Assembly: GCA_051362555.1 (NCBI GenBank)
Contig: CM120645.1
Span: forward strand, 18,352,001 to 18,416,000
Length of the DNA stretch: 64,000 bases
Reading direction: 5' to 3'
DNA from: Lingula anatina
Lineage: Eukaryota > Animalia > Brachiopoda
Made by a program: the position numbers and the translations under genes. The notes beneath the pieces are model-generated. The model was not told the origin of the DNA and searched no databases. It worked only from the letters and a program-made list of their open reading frames with translations. Each line of letters opens with the position of its first letter. The stretch's first letter is position 1. Below, in pieces: positions 1 through 12,269 of the stretch.

Positions 1-2358
1 AACATTCCTACTGAGTGGCAGCAACAAAATTAAGAGCGCGTCCATGAGAAAGCCAGACAGATCGGTCAGAAGGCGGCAAGGTGGGGGTCAGCAGATTTTA
101 ATAATTTTTGGTGTGGTAAACCATCAACATAAAAGATATTGTGAGCCACTGGCTTTCTTATTTTGGATCATTAGTTTTAGAGATATGGGGGCAGATCTTT
201 TATTGTCAATTTTGCCAAAATATAGCATTTTTTAGCTCTTGAAAAGTTATAATTTTAAATATTCTTTTAAAAAATCATGTACATCATAAGGAATTATTTA
301 GGTAAGCCACATGATAGGTTAAGGAAAGACCTTTAATACCCAGTACAGATTTTTTGAAAAGACACTGTCATGACCACACAAGGTTGATTCTAATAAGGCA
401 TGTTTTCCGTATGCTTGACCCCCTCCCCTTCTTTAAATGCACACAACTTCTTTTTTGCAGGTTGTATCCATATAATTTTGGTATGTACTGATAGAAAAGG
501 GTTGAAAAATAAATTTTGTAAAATAAAATCTATGTTAAACCTTGTAAAATTAGAACTATAACAATTTTAAAAAGGGCCTAAAAACGAATATTTTTATTGA
601 CCCATTAGAGCCTGCGTCATCAAAACAAACAGCAGCCATGCTGGAGGGAGACAGGAATCGTCTGCTGCGCATGAACAAGCCATGTCTGTACATGTAGTTC
701 AGTTTTCGTTTTCTGTATTTTTTTTTCATATTTAACCGAGCAAAATGATGAATTACTGCAGGGTATTTGATCGAGAGAAGGTAACTTACTTTACAAGCGT
801 TCACAGACTGCCTGCAGTGGTAAAAACCCATGGTGAAGGAACTAAAACCATAAACGGAGGAGAGACGGCGAGGTGGCTTTGAATCAAGACTCTTCGGAAA
901 AGTAAAGGATAAAACTAATTTATTTTATAGCAAAGAATGAAGAGCCAACTGTGCAGATTTACCATAAAAGAAAAAACAGTAGAACACCAAAGACCTAGGT
1001 GTGTACGTTTGGGGCGCACGTATATATTTAAAGTAGTGTCCAAAAAGTGTGGATGGAGAGTGTGTTAATTAATTTGTTAAAACGTGTGGAAATACCCAGG
1101 CAGGGTTTCGACTTTTATAATGAAGACTCACCTATTGCCTTGGGTGTAATTTGTTATCAGTTACGGTGCTCTCTAGATTTTATCGGCTGTCACCTACCTC
1201 TTTTATACCTGGTTAGCATTATTCCCAATTAGTGTCAAGGCTATATTTGTACTGTACACAGCTGAGCTGGGCCAATTAAATCAATTACCTGTATGAAGTG
1301 TATTTGGAAGTTAGTGGCTTAATTTTCGATTTGGTGTAGTGATAAGAGTAATTTTATTTTGCAAGTAAATTCTACCTCAGGTGTAATTGACATATAACTT
1401 TAATAACCTCATGAAATAATTTTCCACTTTCCTCTGTAAAAATGTTAAATTCTGCTCCTTTCAACTGTAATGTTGTAAGTTATAATAATATTAATATGAA
1501 TAAAAATCACTATTGTTATCTTTCTATTAATTTATGTATTTATGTAGGAAATTGATCAGGCATTTCCCACCAAGCCACACTGATTGGGTGCAAGTTAATT
1601 ATTAAAAAAAAAAAAAAAAAAAAACGGAAGCTTTTGATGACACACAAGGTAGAGGCAGCAAAAAATATTCCTAGATCTCTGTGACCAGCTGAGGAGACAG
1701 GATCTGAACATCAGGAGAGTGAAATCCAGTGCATGACAGGAGTTATTTAATTGAAGCGACACTCAGAACTCAGCATTTCATGTTCACTTTTATTCATACA
1801 AAATGTGCACTTTTCCTATATGTTTAAGCAAATGGTTGCAGAAATCAATTCATGAACTGAATTATTATTTTACATTGGACATCATAAATACATGATTGTG
1901 AAAAATGCCTTGCTTCTGTGAATGACTGAATAATAATAAAATCCTAACAATGTTGCTTATATGAATGGTTGCATTCATGGTGAATATTAAACTCTCTCAA
2001 ACAACAGTCTCGTTACATGTACTTTCTAATGAACCATAATGAAGTACAAGAATGCTGAAATAATTTAAAAAGTTGATGATGGTATAGAGCAAATGTTCTG
2101 CATACTTTACTTCTGTACTGTATAAACAATAGCATCTGAAAATCCCCAATATAGTTAGGCTTTACATTAAAAAAAGAGAACAACAAATACCTGATATTGC
2201 AGTTTTAAAGTAAATTTAAAATACATGAATTTTGTTCACTGAATACCTAGCAAAATATTCTCAATGCAAATGGTATATAAAATTTTATAAAATCAGTTTG
2301 ATACAATACTTTTTATGACAGTAGATGTATTTTGAAAACTTATTTACAACACAACTCA

Positions 2359-2481
2359 CCAGCTAGCTTTATTTTGATACAAAGGACACGTCTTTTTCAT
2401 CATTGATATAGTTTCTATTGCTCCATTGATATCAAGTGTATAGTCCCATGGCAAATTCCCATTCTCTAAGTCCCACTTAAA
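2359..2481 (-). pseudogene. Exon-like open segment inside the TTAA element (FKWDLENGNLPWDYTLDINGAIETISMMKKTCPLYQNKAS)
   Basis: CTCAG acceptor, TG|GTGAGT donor, open in one frame; further coding-like fragments at ~2700-2795 and ~2950-3045 on the same strand. Confidence 0.4.
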
Positions 2482-3415
2482 CTGAGGTTTGAGGATATTT
2501 GTTGTGCCTAACAAATGCTTCTGTGAATGACTGAACTAATAATAAAATGCTAACAATGCTGCTAGCTTATATGAATGAACAGCAGTCTTGTTACATGTAC
2601 TTTCTAATGAACCAATATGAAGTACAAGAATGCTGAAATAATTTCTGACAGCTTCACGATGTAAAGATAAGTCATAACTAACAGCAATATTTCATGTCAT
2701 AAGACAATCATACATTCTTCCTTGAATCCACAAGGGTTTATCCTAATGATCAGCTCAAATTTTTTATATCTATCCTTTATGAAAACAGTTGCTTCTATTT
2801 ATGGTTAAACTTATGATTACACATTAAACTCTCTCAAACTATAACTGTTATTACCCAATGAACAAGAAAAATGAAGTACAAGATAACTGAACTATCTTCT
2901 GACAACACGATGTTGGGTAAGTAGCATTTAGTAGGATTTCACGTTTTTAGACTGTCTTGAGTTCATATCGGTCGGTCCCGCTGATCAGCTGAAGCCTCAG
3001 CTTGTATATATCCTTTTCCCTTTGGTGTCCTTGATCGTGATATGAAGTTTACTTTATTTTATTTGGTTTACCTATATTTACGCTACTATTCCCCGTCGTT
3101 CATTCCCTCCAGCATGGCCGCGGGACTAGTGTTACGGAGCAAATATGACGTCACTGTAATCGGTTAATACTATTTAAATGCTAAACTGTTTCTTCAACTA
3201 AACTAGAGGATCAGAGAGGCGATACCGCCTCCGAATATTGTACCACCAGCTGGAGCAAGCGCATTCGTATAGACCCCCACATACACAAAATAAGGGGTGC
3301 AGCCACCAGTCTTGTGCTTGACAAGCTGTAAAAATGCAATCAACAAGAATTTTCAAAATATGCAAAAAATATATATAACTAAAAATGGTGCAATCAAAGT
3401 TAAGTTCATTGTAAG

Positions 3416-4695
3416 GTAGGTCAAAGGTCAATTTCAAGGTCACAGTAAATTGCCAGTATATGACTTCCTATCCAACTTCAATAGTAACTATGGACCTATC
3501 TCTGCCAGTTTTGGAGATAAAAGGGAAGCAAAATTTGCAAAGTTCAGTTCATGGTGAAAAGTAGGTCAAAGGTCAATTTCAAGGTCACAGTAAGATTGCC
3601 AGTATATGACTTCCTATTCAACTTCAATAGTAACTATGGACCTATCTCTGCCAGTTTTGGAGATAAAAGGGAAGCAAAATTTGCAAAGTTCAGTTCATGG
3701 TGAAAAGTAGGTCAAAGGTCAATTTCAAGGTAACATTTAGATTGCCAGTATATGACTTCCTATTCAACTTCAATAGTAACTATGGACCTATCTCTGCCAG
3801 TTTTGGAGATAAAAGGGAAGCAAAATTTGCAAAGTTCAGTTCATGGTGAAAAGAAGGTCAAAGGTCAATTTCAAGGACACAGTAAAATTGCCAGTATATG
3901 ACTTCCTATGCAAGTTCAATAGTAACTATGGACCTATCTCTGCCAGTTTTGGAGATAAAAGGGAAGCAAATTTTGCAAAGTTCAGTTCAAGGTGAAAAGT
4001 AGGTCAAAGGTCAATTTCAAGGTCACAGTAAAATTGCCAGTATATGACTTCCTATTCAACTTCAATAGTAACTATGGACCTATCTCTGCCAGTTTTGGAG
4101 ATAAAAGGGAAGCAAAATTTGCAAAGTTCAGTTCATGGTGATAAGTAGGTCAAAGGTCAATTTCAAGGTCACAGTAAGATTGCCAGTATATGACTTCCTA
4201 TTCAACTTCAATAGTAACTATGGACCTATCTCTGCCAGTTTTGGAGATAAAAGGGAAGCAAAATTTGCAAAGTTCAGTTCATGGTGAAAAGTAGGTCAAA
4301 GGTCAATTTCAAGGTCACATTTAAATTGCCAGTATATGACTTCCTATTCAAGTTCAATAGTAACTATGGACCTATCTCTGCCAGTTTTGGAGATAAAAGG
4401 GAAGCAAAATTTGCAAAGTTCAGTTCATGGTGATAAGTAGGTCAAAGGTCAATTTCAAGGTCACAGTAAGATTGCCAGTATATGACTTCCTATTCAACTT
4501 CAATAGTAACTATGGACCTATCTCTGCCAGTTTTGGAGATAAAAGGGAAGCAAAATTTGCAAAGTTCAGTTCATGGTGAAAAGTAGGTCAAAGGTCAATG
4601 TCAAGGTCACAGTAAGATTGCCAGTATATGACTTCCTATTCAACTTCAATAGTAACTATGGACCTATCTCTGCCAGTTTTGGAGATATAAGGGAC
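3416..4695 (+). repeat. Tandem array of ~8.8 x 146-bp units
   Basis: GTAGGTCAAAGGTCAATTTCAAGG recurs at 3416, 3561, 3707, 3853, 3999, 4145, 4291, 4437 and 4583; units are near identical. Confidence 0.95.
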
Positions 4696-4939
4696 TAAAT
4701 GTTATAATTTTGGAGTTACCATAATGTGCCATAAATTTCCTACAGAAAAAATTAATTAAAATAAAGAAAAGGTCATTTTGGTCAAAGTTCTTGAAATGGG
4801 AGGTTCTCTGAAGTTGCAGAAGTTTAAATTAGATAAAATAATGTCATTTTTGACCACAAGTTGTCTGCTTTGCCAAGCATTATGTTTTATTTTTCCGGAG
4901 TTCAAAATTTATTATCCATTACCGTACTGCACATTTTTA

Positions 4940-5227
4940 CGGAAGCCGACTGGTGCCATATGTTGAAAAAAAAAATTATCTCGAAATTTCGAGATAGCAT
5001 TTTTTTTGTTCAAATTTCAAAATACTATCTCGAAATTTCGAGATAAATTTTTTTGCTCAAATATCAAAATGCTATCTCGAAATTTCGAGATAATTTTTTT
5101 TTTGTTCAAATTTCAAAATGCTATCTCGAAATTTCGAGATAAAAATTTTTTTTGTTCAAATTTCAAAATAGTATCTCGAAATTTCGAGATAATTTTTTTT
5201 TCTACATATGGCACCAGTCGGCTTCCG
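4940..5227. mobile_element. TA-flanked MITE (Tc1/mariner-type) with internal palindrome array
   Basis: TA|CGGAAGCCGACTGGTGCCATATGT ... ACATATGGCACCAGTCGGCTTCCG|TA; five copies of ATCTCGAAATTTCGAGAT at 4978, 5027, 5074, 5123 and 5173. Confidence 0.85.
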
Positions 5228-6785
5228 TACATTTTCCTTTCACCACCAATATGTACTTTCTGATACAGCGTAACTCGAAAACCGTATGGAATACAAAAAA
5301 ACCGAGACCACCTCCAGTGTTGGGCTTTACATGCTCTACAAAATGCAAAAAAGAATGGGTCTCTAGCATTAACGGTTCCCGAATTAGAGACAGTTTTCAG
5401 TTTCGGTATCTTATGGCCGCTACTCCTGTGAAAATGCACCGATTGACCCCAAATTCACGGAGATGAAAGATGACCTGAAGGGTAACACTTTCCAATAATA
5501 TTATTGGTTAAGTCTGTGTGGCGTCTGAATAACAGGGCAAAAAAATTTTTTTTCGTAAAAAATTTCATTTTTTTGAAAATTTTGACCCATTTGACCTTGA
5601 AGTAAAGGTCAAAGGTCAAATCCGAGGGTATATTTGAAATCTACACATATGACTTTTGGAAAGCCGTCTATAGAAATTTTTCCCGTAACTCCTTCTGTAG
5701 GGTAGATAATTAGCATTTAATTTTGCCATTTTTAGACAAGGGTGCATTGCAATGAGTGCCACACCCAGACCCCAATACCGACAAAGCCCAAATTTTACGT
5801 GGAACGAGTTGAGATTATAGGTGACCTAAATCCATGAGATGGGTACGGGGGCCCTTACCATCTAGGAGGAGAAGCGGTAACGGTAACATGGCGGCGGAGC
5901 CGGCGGAACGGACCGGACGGGACCGAAACCATGTGTACCGCCAGCGCTAACGCTGGTGGTAAATTTTTTTGTTCAAATTTCAAAATAGTATCTCGAAATT
6001 TCGAGATAATTTTTTTTCTACATATGGCACCAGTGGGCTTCCGTACATTTTCCTTTCACCACCAATATGTACTTTTTGATACAGCGTAACTCGAAAACCG
6101 TATGGAATACAAAAAAACCGAGACCACCTCCAGTGTTGGGCTTTACATGCTCTACAAAATGCAAAAAAGAATGGGTCTCTAGCATTAACGGTTCCCGAAT
6201 TAGAGACAGTTTTCAGTTTCGGTATCTTATGGCCGCTACTCCTGTGAAAATGCACCGATTGACCCCAAATTCACGGAGATGAAAGATGACCTGAAGGGTA
6301 ACACTTTCCAATAATATTATTGGTTAAGTCTGTGTGGTGTCTGAATAACAGGGCAAAAAATTTTTTTTTCGTAAAAAATTTCATTTTTTTGAAAATTTTG
6401 GCCCATTTGACCTTGAAGTAAAGGTCAAAGGTCAAATCCGAGGGTATATTTGAAATCTACACATATGACTTTTGGAAAGCCGTCTGTAGAAATTTTTCCC
6501 GTAACTCCTTCCGTAGGGTAGATAATTAGCATTTAATTTTGCCATTTTTGGACAAGGGTGCATTGCAATGAGTGCCACACCCAGACCCCAATACCGACAA
6601 AGCCCAAATTTTACGTGGAACGAGTTGAGATTATAGGTGACCTAAATCCATGAGATGGGTATGGGGGGCCTTACCGTCTAGGAGGAGAAGCGGTAACGGT
6701 AGCCGTCCGGCGGAGCCGGCGGAGCCGGCGGAACGATCCGGACGAGACCGAAACCATGTGTACCGCCAGCGCTAACGCTGGTGGT
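5143..6785 (+). repeat. ~816-bp direct tandem duplication of the family A terminal segment
   Basis: 5143-5960 repeats as 5961-6785; identical ORF ends at 5466 and 6282 give an offset of 816. Confidence 0.9.
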
Positions 6786-6949
6786 ACAATTAATAAGTCA
6801 AAACCATGTATAGGTTTGTGAAAAGCCCTTAAAATAATTATGTTTGCCCTGCAGACGAACTTATGAAGCGAAAATACATTTTTTAATTTGTTTATGTTGT
6901 GGAAACTAAATGTAAAATAACGATGCTAACTCTGTGACCTATTTTCAAC

Positions 6950-8755
6950 ATGGCGGGTACTAGGATTATCACCGGAGCAACTGTGGAGCAAAGCACATCG
7001 TCTTCACAGTGTTAAAACATAATACTTTCTTAAATTTATGAAGAACACGCACTAGAGATGCTTAGGTACATCTCAGTAGGATTGGTGTGCACCAGAATAT
7101 AACAAGAAATGACCATAGCAGCTGGTCGTCCTTAGAAAGTGCATTTTTTGGTTGAACCACTTCAGACTTATGACTGTTGTCAGGCTTGGGTTCCTCAATA
7201 TATCTATCTATCTCATCGATTTAGCTCTGGATGTTTGTTGTAAGGTAAGTGATCAGTGGTGGCATACATATACTAGAATCAGATACACTAAAAACTCAAA
7301 CCAGTTTAAATAAAAAGTTTGAATATTATTCAGTAATATAAAGAATATTAAGCAAATTTAAAAGACGTACTGGTATATTTCAATTCACAGAGTTTTACTT
7401 GATTTCTGTTTCATGGTAAACATGTATGCTGAAAAGAATTAACTGTGTATCTAACTTATGAAGTATATTTTTGCATTAAATTCTAGGGCTTTGTTACATG
7501 TGTTATCATAACACAAACAGTTAAGGACTATACTGAGCTTGAAGACAGCTTCATTAGAAATTTCTTACCCAGAATCAAAGGTATGTAACACACATTCAGG
7601 TTCAAGTTTTGGCATTTTAGGGGATGTTACTTGTGCCAGTTTTTTATATTTTAGTCTCATATTCACTATGCAGATTTATGTGTGTTTACAATGAAGTTGA
7701 ATTTAACTGCCTAGCTTTATGTGACTTTGTAACACAGTGTGCTTCAATTTTCAAGACTTACATATTACACAGGACACTTGTAACTTAAGGTACTTTAGTA
7801 AAATCAGGAAAACTTTGCGGTCCATTATGTTGTTCATGTTGCTTTGCAAGGGGGCGTGCCTGACAATTAAGCTGATTACAACGACTGAGCCCGAGTGTGT
7901 TACTCCGCTAAGATAGATTGATCCTGCTACTTTATAGTTTCTATTCTGAACACAGTAAACCTCTGTTATTGTAAAGCATTTATTGATGTTATGTCTATTT
8001 TTCAGATTTTACATCCAAGGTCTGTATGTGAACCTTGACCTGGACAATCTTACAGACAATAATAGAAAAGTCACCTGAAATTGCACAGGCAAATTTGTCA
8101 GATTCAGATGTGAGCACCAACTTTGTAATGCCTGGAACACTTCCACGGAGAAGAAAAAAGGTTTACCTTTTTCGTTTGTTTCTTTTTCTGTCATGAAATT
8201 CTGGTAGCTACAATCATGCATATTTGATTTCCTTTTTTATACTTATGCAATATGTTTGATCAGAATATTATTTAGTAATTGTTCTTATACAGCAATTAAC
8301 ATGAGTTTAAAATAGGTTTAATACATTTTCTTTTGACAGCCTGTCCTGCCATCTTCAGGTAGACGTAGAAGTGGATATCCTGGCAAACCTCTATTGGACT
8401 TAGAGCCACCTTGGGTCAATCCCCCATAACAAATGTGCATCTTAGGCTTGGCAATCTCAATCAGTTTTGTAGGAAAGAAGGATTGTCGCCATTGAATTGA
8501 CAAATATTGACAGTTCAGTCACACTAAACTATAGTGGCATGTTGCTTCAAGTTACCACACTTATTCTAAGATTGCTGAATTATCATTACTGTAGGAGACC
8601 CTGGATCTCTCAACCAGAAGAAGAAACTTGGGGATCAATCAGTTATAAGATTAAAATCTGCGGAACACTACCCATCACTGTTGTGTTTAGTATATGGAAA
8701 ATATGACCGTGATATTGGAACCTTGGAGATTCATAACTTGATTTCACTCCTGTAA
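6950..8755 (+). pseudogene. Decayed spliced gene inside the TTAA element
   Basis: Canonical exons 7487-7580 (GFVTCVIITQTVKDYTELEDSFIRNFLPRIK), 8006-8160 and 8340 onward join in phase but contain premature stops; no recognisable DDE motif. Confidence 0.5.
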
Positions 8756-9952
8756 AAAGTAACTGCTTTGTTCTTTTACTGTCCAATTGATAATATAAAA
8801 ATAAAGTACTCCTCCTGTCATTGTATGTTGCTGACTCTGTTTTAATTTTCTTTATAGAAAAAGAATATAGATATAAAGATTTCACATGTATTTACAAAGC
8901 CTATGAATCATTTGAAAGGAAAAAGAACGGTTGAAAAATGCAGTATAAATCATTTCAAGTGGATTAATTAGTGTTGCACTTGAGAAAACTGATAAAATGA
9001 GACAGTCATTCCCTTTTACCTTTAGATGCTGATGACACTGGATATGCACAGTAATAACTTATTAAATGGGGGGGGGGGGGGAATAACTTGTCACTAGTAA
9101 TTTAAATTTATTCAGAAGTTGTATGGCTCTGTTTGAAAAGAATATTATTTGAGCAATCCTGTGTTACAGATCTCAAAATAAAAAACCTGCAAAAAAGGGG
9201 CCTCTTGATTATTTTGAGGAATTAGGGTAACTGTATTTTGGGACAGATTTGATGGCAGCCATTTTGTATTTATAAAAATTGGATAGATTTGCCCTTATCA
9301 AAGCATAGTTTGAATTCCTGGCTGTGAGTCTTTGATTAAATTTGATTATTGGAAGGTATTATCTCAAAATGTACTGATATCTTGATTTCGGCCGTTTGGT
9401 TTTCTGCTAAAATTGCTAAAGTTTGAGGCACTTTTTCAATATCTTCTGTTGTGTTTAACACACTTTTTAAATGTTGTATGATGAGACCAATATATGCTTA
9501 GGATCCCTATAAAATTTTATGGCTGTCAAGCCTGCAAAAAGAGAGATATGAATGCTTGAACATTGCTTGGTAGAAAAGTGAGTTTGGGGGGTGGGGTCAT
9601 AAAAATGGGCGTGGCTCCTTAGTTTGTGGGTTAAACTGAAATTTAGTAACATATTCTCAATGGCAAATGGCTGGTTTAAATAGGTAAATTTTCAATTAAT
9701 TTTAAAAAGTCATCAGTTTTGACATATTTGCTTATGAAGTGGCTTTATTGACCGAAGCTGAAAATCAAGCGAAAAATGGCCAAAACATATAATATCATAT
9801 TATAATTATATCCAATGATTTCTTTTGGGATTGTTGTCTTCAATCTTAATATCTCCTATATATGCAACAATATTATGAATTTGGTTGAAATCTGTTGACC
9901 CCCACCTTGCCACCCTCTGACTGGTCTTATCATGGACACACACTTAATACCA

Positions 9953-11581
9953 CAAGTTGTCAAATGTACAAACAAAAAGCAAATAATAATAATGATGCAC
10001 ATTTTGTCAATTTTGACGCAATATTATATAATGCTTAACACCATTATCACTCCGAACATCAAATAAGATACTGTAAGCATCATGGATATTCATAAATAGT
10101 AACAATTAAAGGTCTTCAGGTCCATGGAACTCTTAAGTCACACCTTGAAAATGACTATATGTGAAAAATGATCATTTCACATAAGACTGCATAACTTCCA
10201 GAAAAAGAATCTAATCAGGCTGGTCTTCCACCTAAAGCTGTATTGCAGTGCTTTGCTTACTTTGTAAGATGAGAGTCATAAGAATCTTACGTGGTCACTA
10301 TGGAAAGCAATGCCTTAAGTAGTGTTTTTGGCATTTTGAATACTACCAATTTTTAATATTATACGCTGCAGATAATATAGATATATAGAAAATGTGATTA
10401 GCAAACTCTCCAGGACCATGCAAGATTAAAGTTACACCTTGAAAATACCAAAATGTGAAAAATAAACATTTCACATAAAAATCATAATGTATAAATGGAA
10501 AAAATTGCATAATGCATAAGAATGACTCTGTCAGGCTGTTTTTCAAACTCAACCTATAGCACCCCACATACGGTAAGCAATTGGCGCGCGCCACTTGCGC
10601 TGAGCCAGATGCTCACGCTCCTCAGCTCCCCGCAAACGCTGCGCTCTTTGCTCAGCAGAAGTGCCTCCTGGTCTGCCCCTAGCGGAGGCACTGTGAACTG
10701 TGGGATCATGTGTTTAAGGAAACATTACATATTGTTGTTTTTTCTGGTAGTAATGGAAAATGGTGACCATGTTAATCAATCAGACTAACTGTAACTGTGC
10801 ACATTTTTGTTGACTTTGCTGGGGGCTGCCATTTTTGTTTGTTTCCGGCCACCGGCACAGGCGCATTGTTGGCATGACTTGAGCAATTGGCGCTTGCACC
10901 CTGCACACGCTGAGCCATTTGCCTCAAGAGAAAGATGAGATGAAAACGGCACAGTGCAAGTGGCGAGCGCCAAATGCTCACCGGTGTGCGGGCCCCTTAA
11001 ATCTAAGTTCCATAGTTTCCCGTAATGTGTTCTGTATTGAATATAGTATAATATATGATGAAATAAGCAAAACAAAAAGAAAATGTAATAAGTTATTTGT
11101 CAATTTTGATGCAATTTTACAAAATGTTTAACAGCAAAATCAACACCAATTTTTAAAATAAATCATTACAGCAAAATCAACACCAAATTTCACAACAGGT
11201 AACACAAACTATGAATATGTAACTATTGTAAGGCTTCAGGCCCATGAGATTTTAAATTTACTCAGTGAAAATCTTAGTATGTTAAAGATGGATATTTCAC
11301 AAAAAAGACCTACTACTCCAAGAAAACTATGCTGGTTTTCCAACTTCGGCTGTATTTTAGTTTTAACAATCCCCCTTGAAGTATGAACAAAATGAGCAAC
11401 ACAGTTTTTCTTATGCTGCTTATGGTGGCAATGCACAAAATTATTTTTTGTTAATTTGATGTATGTATCTTTGCCAGACATAAATGGGTCTGTACATAAA
11501 AATGTGGCAGCGCACAAAATAAGGTTTTTGTTAATTTTGATTTGTATCTTTGCTAGACATATCTGGGTCTGTACGTAAAAA
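9953..11581 (-). mobile_element. Degraded HINE family B copy
   Basis: Begins with decayed ...TGTCAAATGTACA(A)ACAAAAAGC and ends with GGGTCTGTAC(G)TAAAA, the two family B termini. Confidence 0.55.
10559..10996. mobile_element. GC-rich MITE (PIF/Harbinger-like)
   Basis: CCCACATACGGTAAGCAATTGGCGCGCGCCACTTGC pairs imperfectly with GCAAGTGGCGAGCGCCAAATGCTCACCGGTGTGCGGG. Confidence 0.65.
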
Positions 11582-12044
11582 GCAGGCTACGCTATAGCTC
11601 TTTTCTATGCTGTAAAAGCATAGATATACTGAAATATAATTTTATGCCAATTACGGGGAGAGTAAATAAGGTAAAATAAGTTCAACGTCATTGACCTGTT
11701 TCTGTACCTTTGATAACAAAATCGGCAGTAAAATTGACTTCACAATTATATAATTTATTATTGTATGATGTGGTAAATATAATATCTACTAGCCTTATGG
11801 GTGCTGCAGTTTGTATTCGGCTATATTTACAGGTTTGGCAAGAAACAATACATGTAGCCATCACATATGCCGAGAAGCACTGTTTGAAAAAGTCATTTTT
11901 GAGCGGGGCAATTAAGATTCTGTTGTACCTGTCATACCTTTAAAATGCCATTTATGAAAATTAACATTTTACAAAAAAATGCATAACTTCAAGATTAGCA
12001 ATCTGATCTGACTGGTTTTTGAACTCACCTATATTTGAGTATTA

Positions 12045-12269
12045 GGGTGTATTCCCAGAGATTTAGATCGAACCAGGGATTAAGATTTAGACCGACCTAT
12101 CTCCCTGGGGGTTCATGCTAAATTGCAGTCAGCTGAGCGCGCACCATAGTTAATTACCCCTTTACAGCTTTCAGTAGGCGGGACAGATGCTTAAGCCGGC
12201 TAAGCTGACAGTAATCTAGTGAGACTCCCCACAGGGATAGATCGATCTAAAATCTATGGAAATGGGTTC
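12045..12269 (+). mobile_element. ~220-bp MITE family D
   Basis: Imperfect TIR ATTCCCAGAGATTTAGATCGA/TCGATCTAAA.TCT.TGG.AAT; homologous copies at 41651-41866, 54300-54512 (inverted) and a partial at ~39593-39720. Confidence 0.75.

Larger units (their letters stand above)
3203..6790 (-). mobile_element. Non-autonomous Helentron/Helitron2 (HINE/DINE-1-like) family A with central 146-bp array
   Basis: Subterminal IR ATTGTACCACCAGC at both ends; 5' stem-loop GTACCRCCAGC-N6-GCTGGYGGTAC; 3' hairpin GAGGCG-GTAT-CGCCTC followed by CTAG; no TSD seen. Confidence 0.85.
34..9943. mobile_element. ~9.9-kb DNA transposon with imperfect TIRs and TTAA target duplication (Sola3- or Kolobok-like)
   Basis: TTAA at 30-33 and 9944-9947; left end GAGCGCGTCCATGAG...GGTCAGAAGGCGGCAAGGTGGGGGTCAGCAGATTT is the imperfect reverse complement of 9888-9943 (AAATCTGTTGACCCCCACCTTGCCACCCTCTGACTGG...CATGGACACACAC). 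Confidence 0.7.

Noticed and set aside
3416-4695. CRISPR-like array
   Set aside because: Units are contiguous near-identical 146-mers with no unique spacers, no cas genes, and a eukaryotic context.
4978-5190. Palindromic repeat-spacer pattern resembling CRISPR
   Set aside because: The spacers are copies of each other and the array lies between MITE TIRs.
5113-6282. Duplicated ~100-aa ORFs on both strands
   Set aside because: They lie in non-coding HINE body sequence repeated by the 816-bp duplication; no domain recognised and frames are not kept in other copies.
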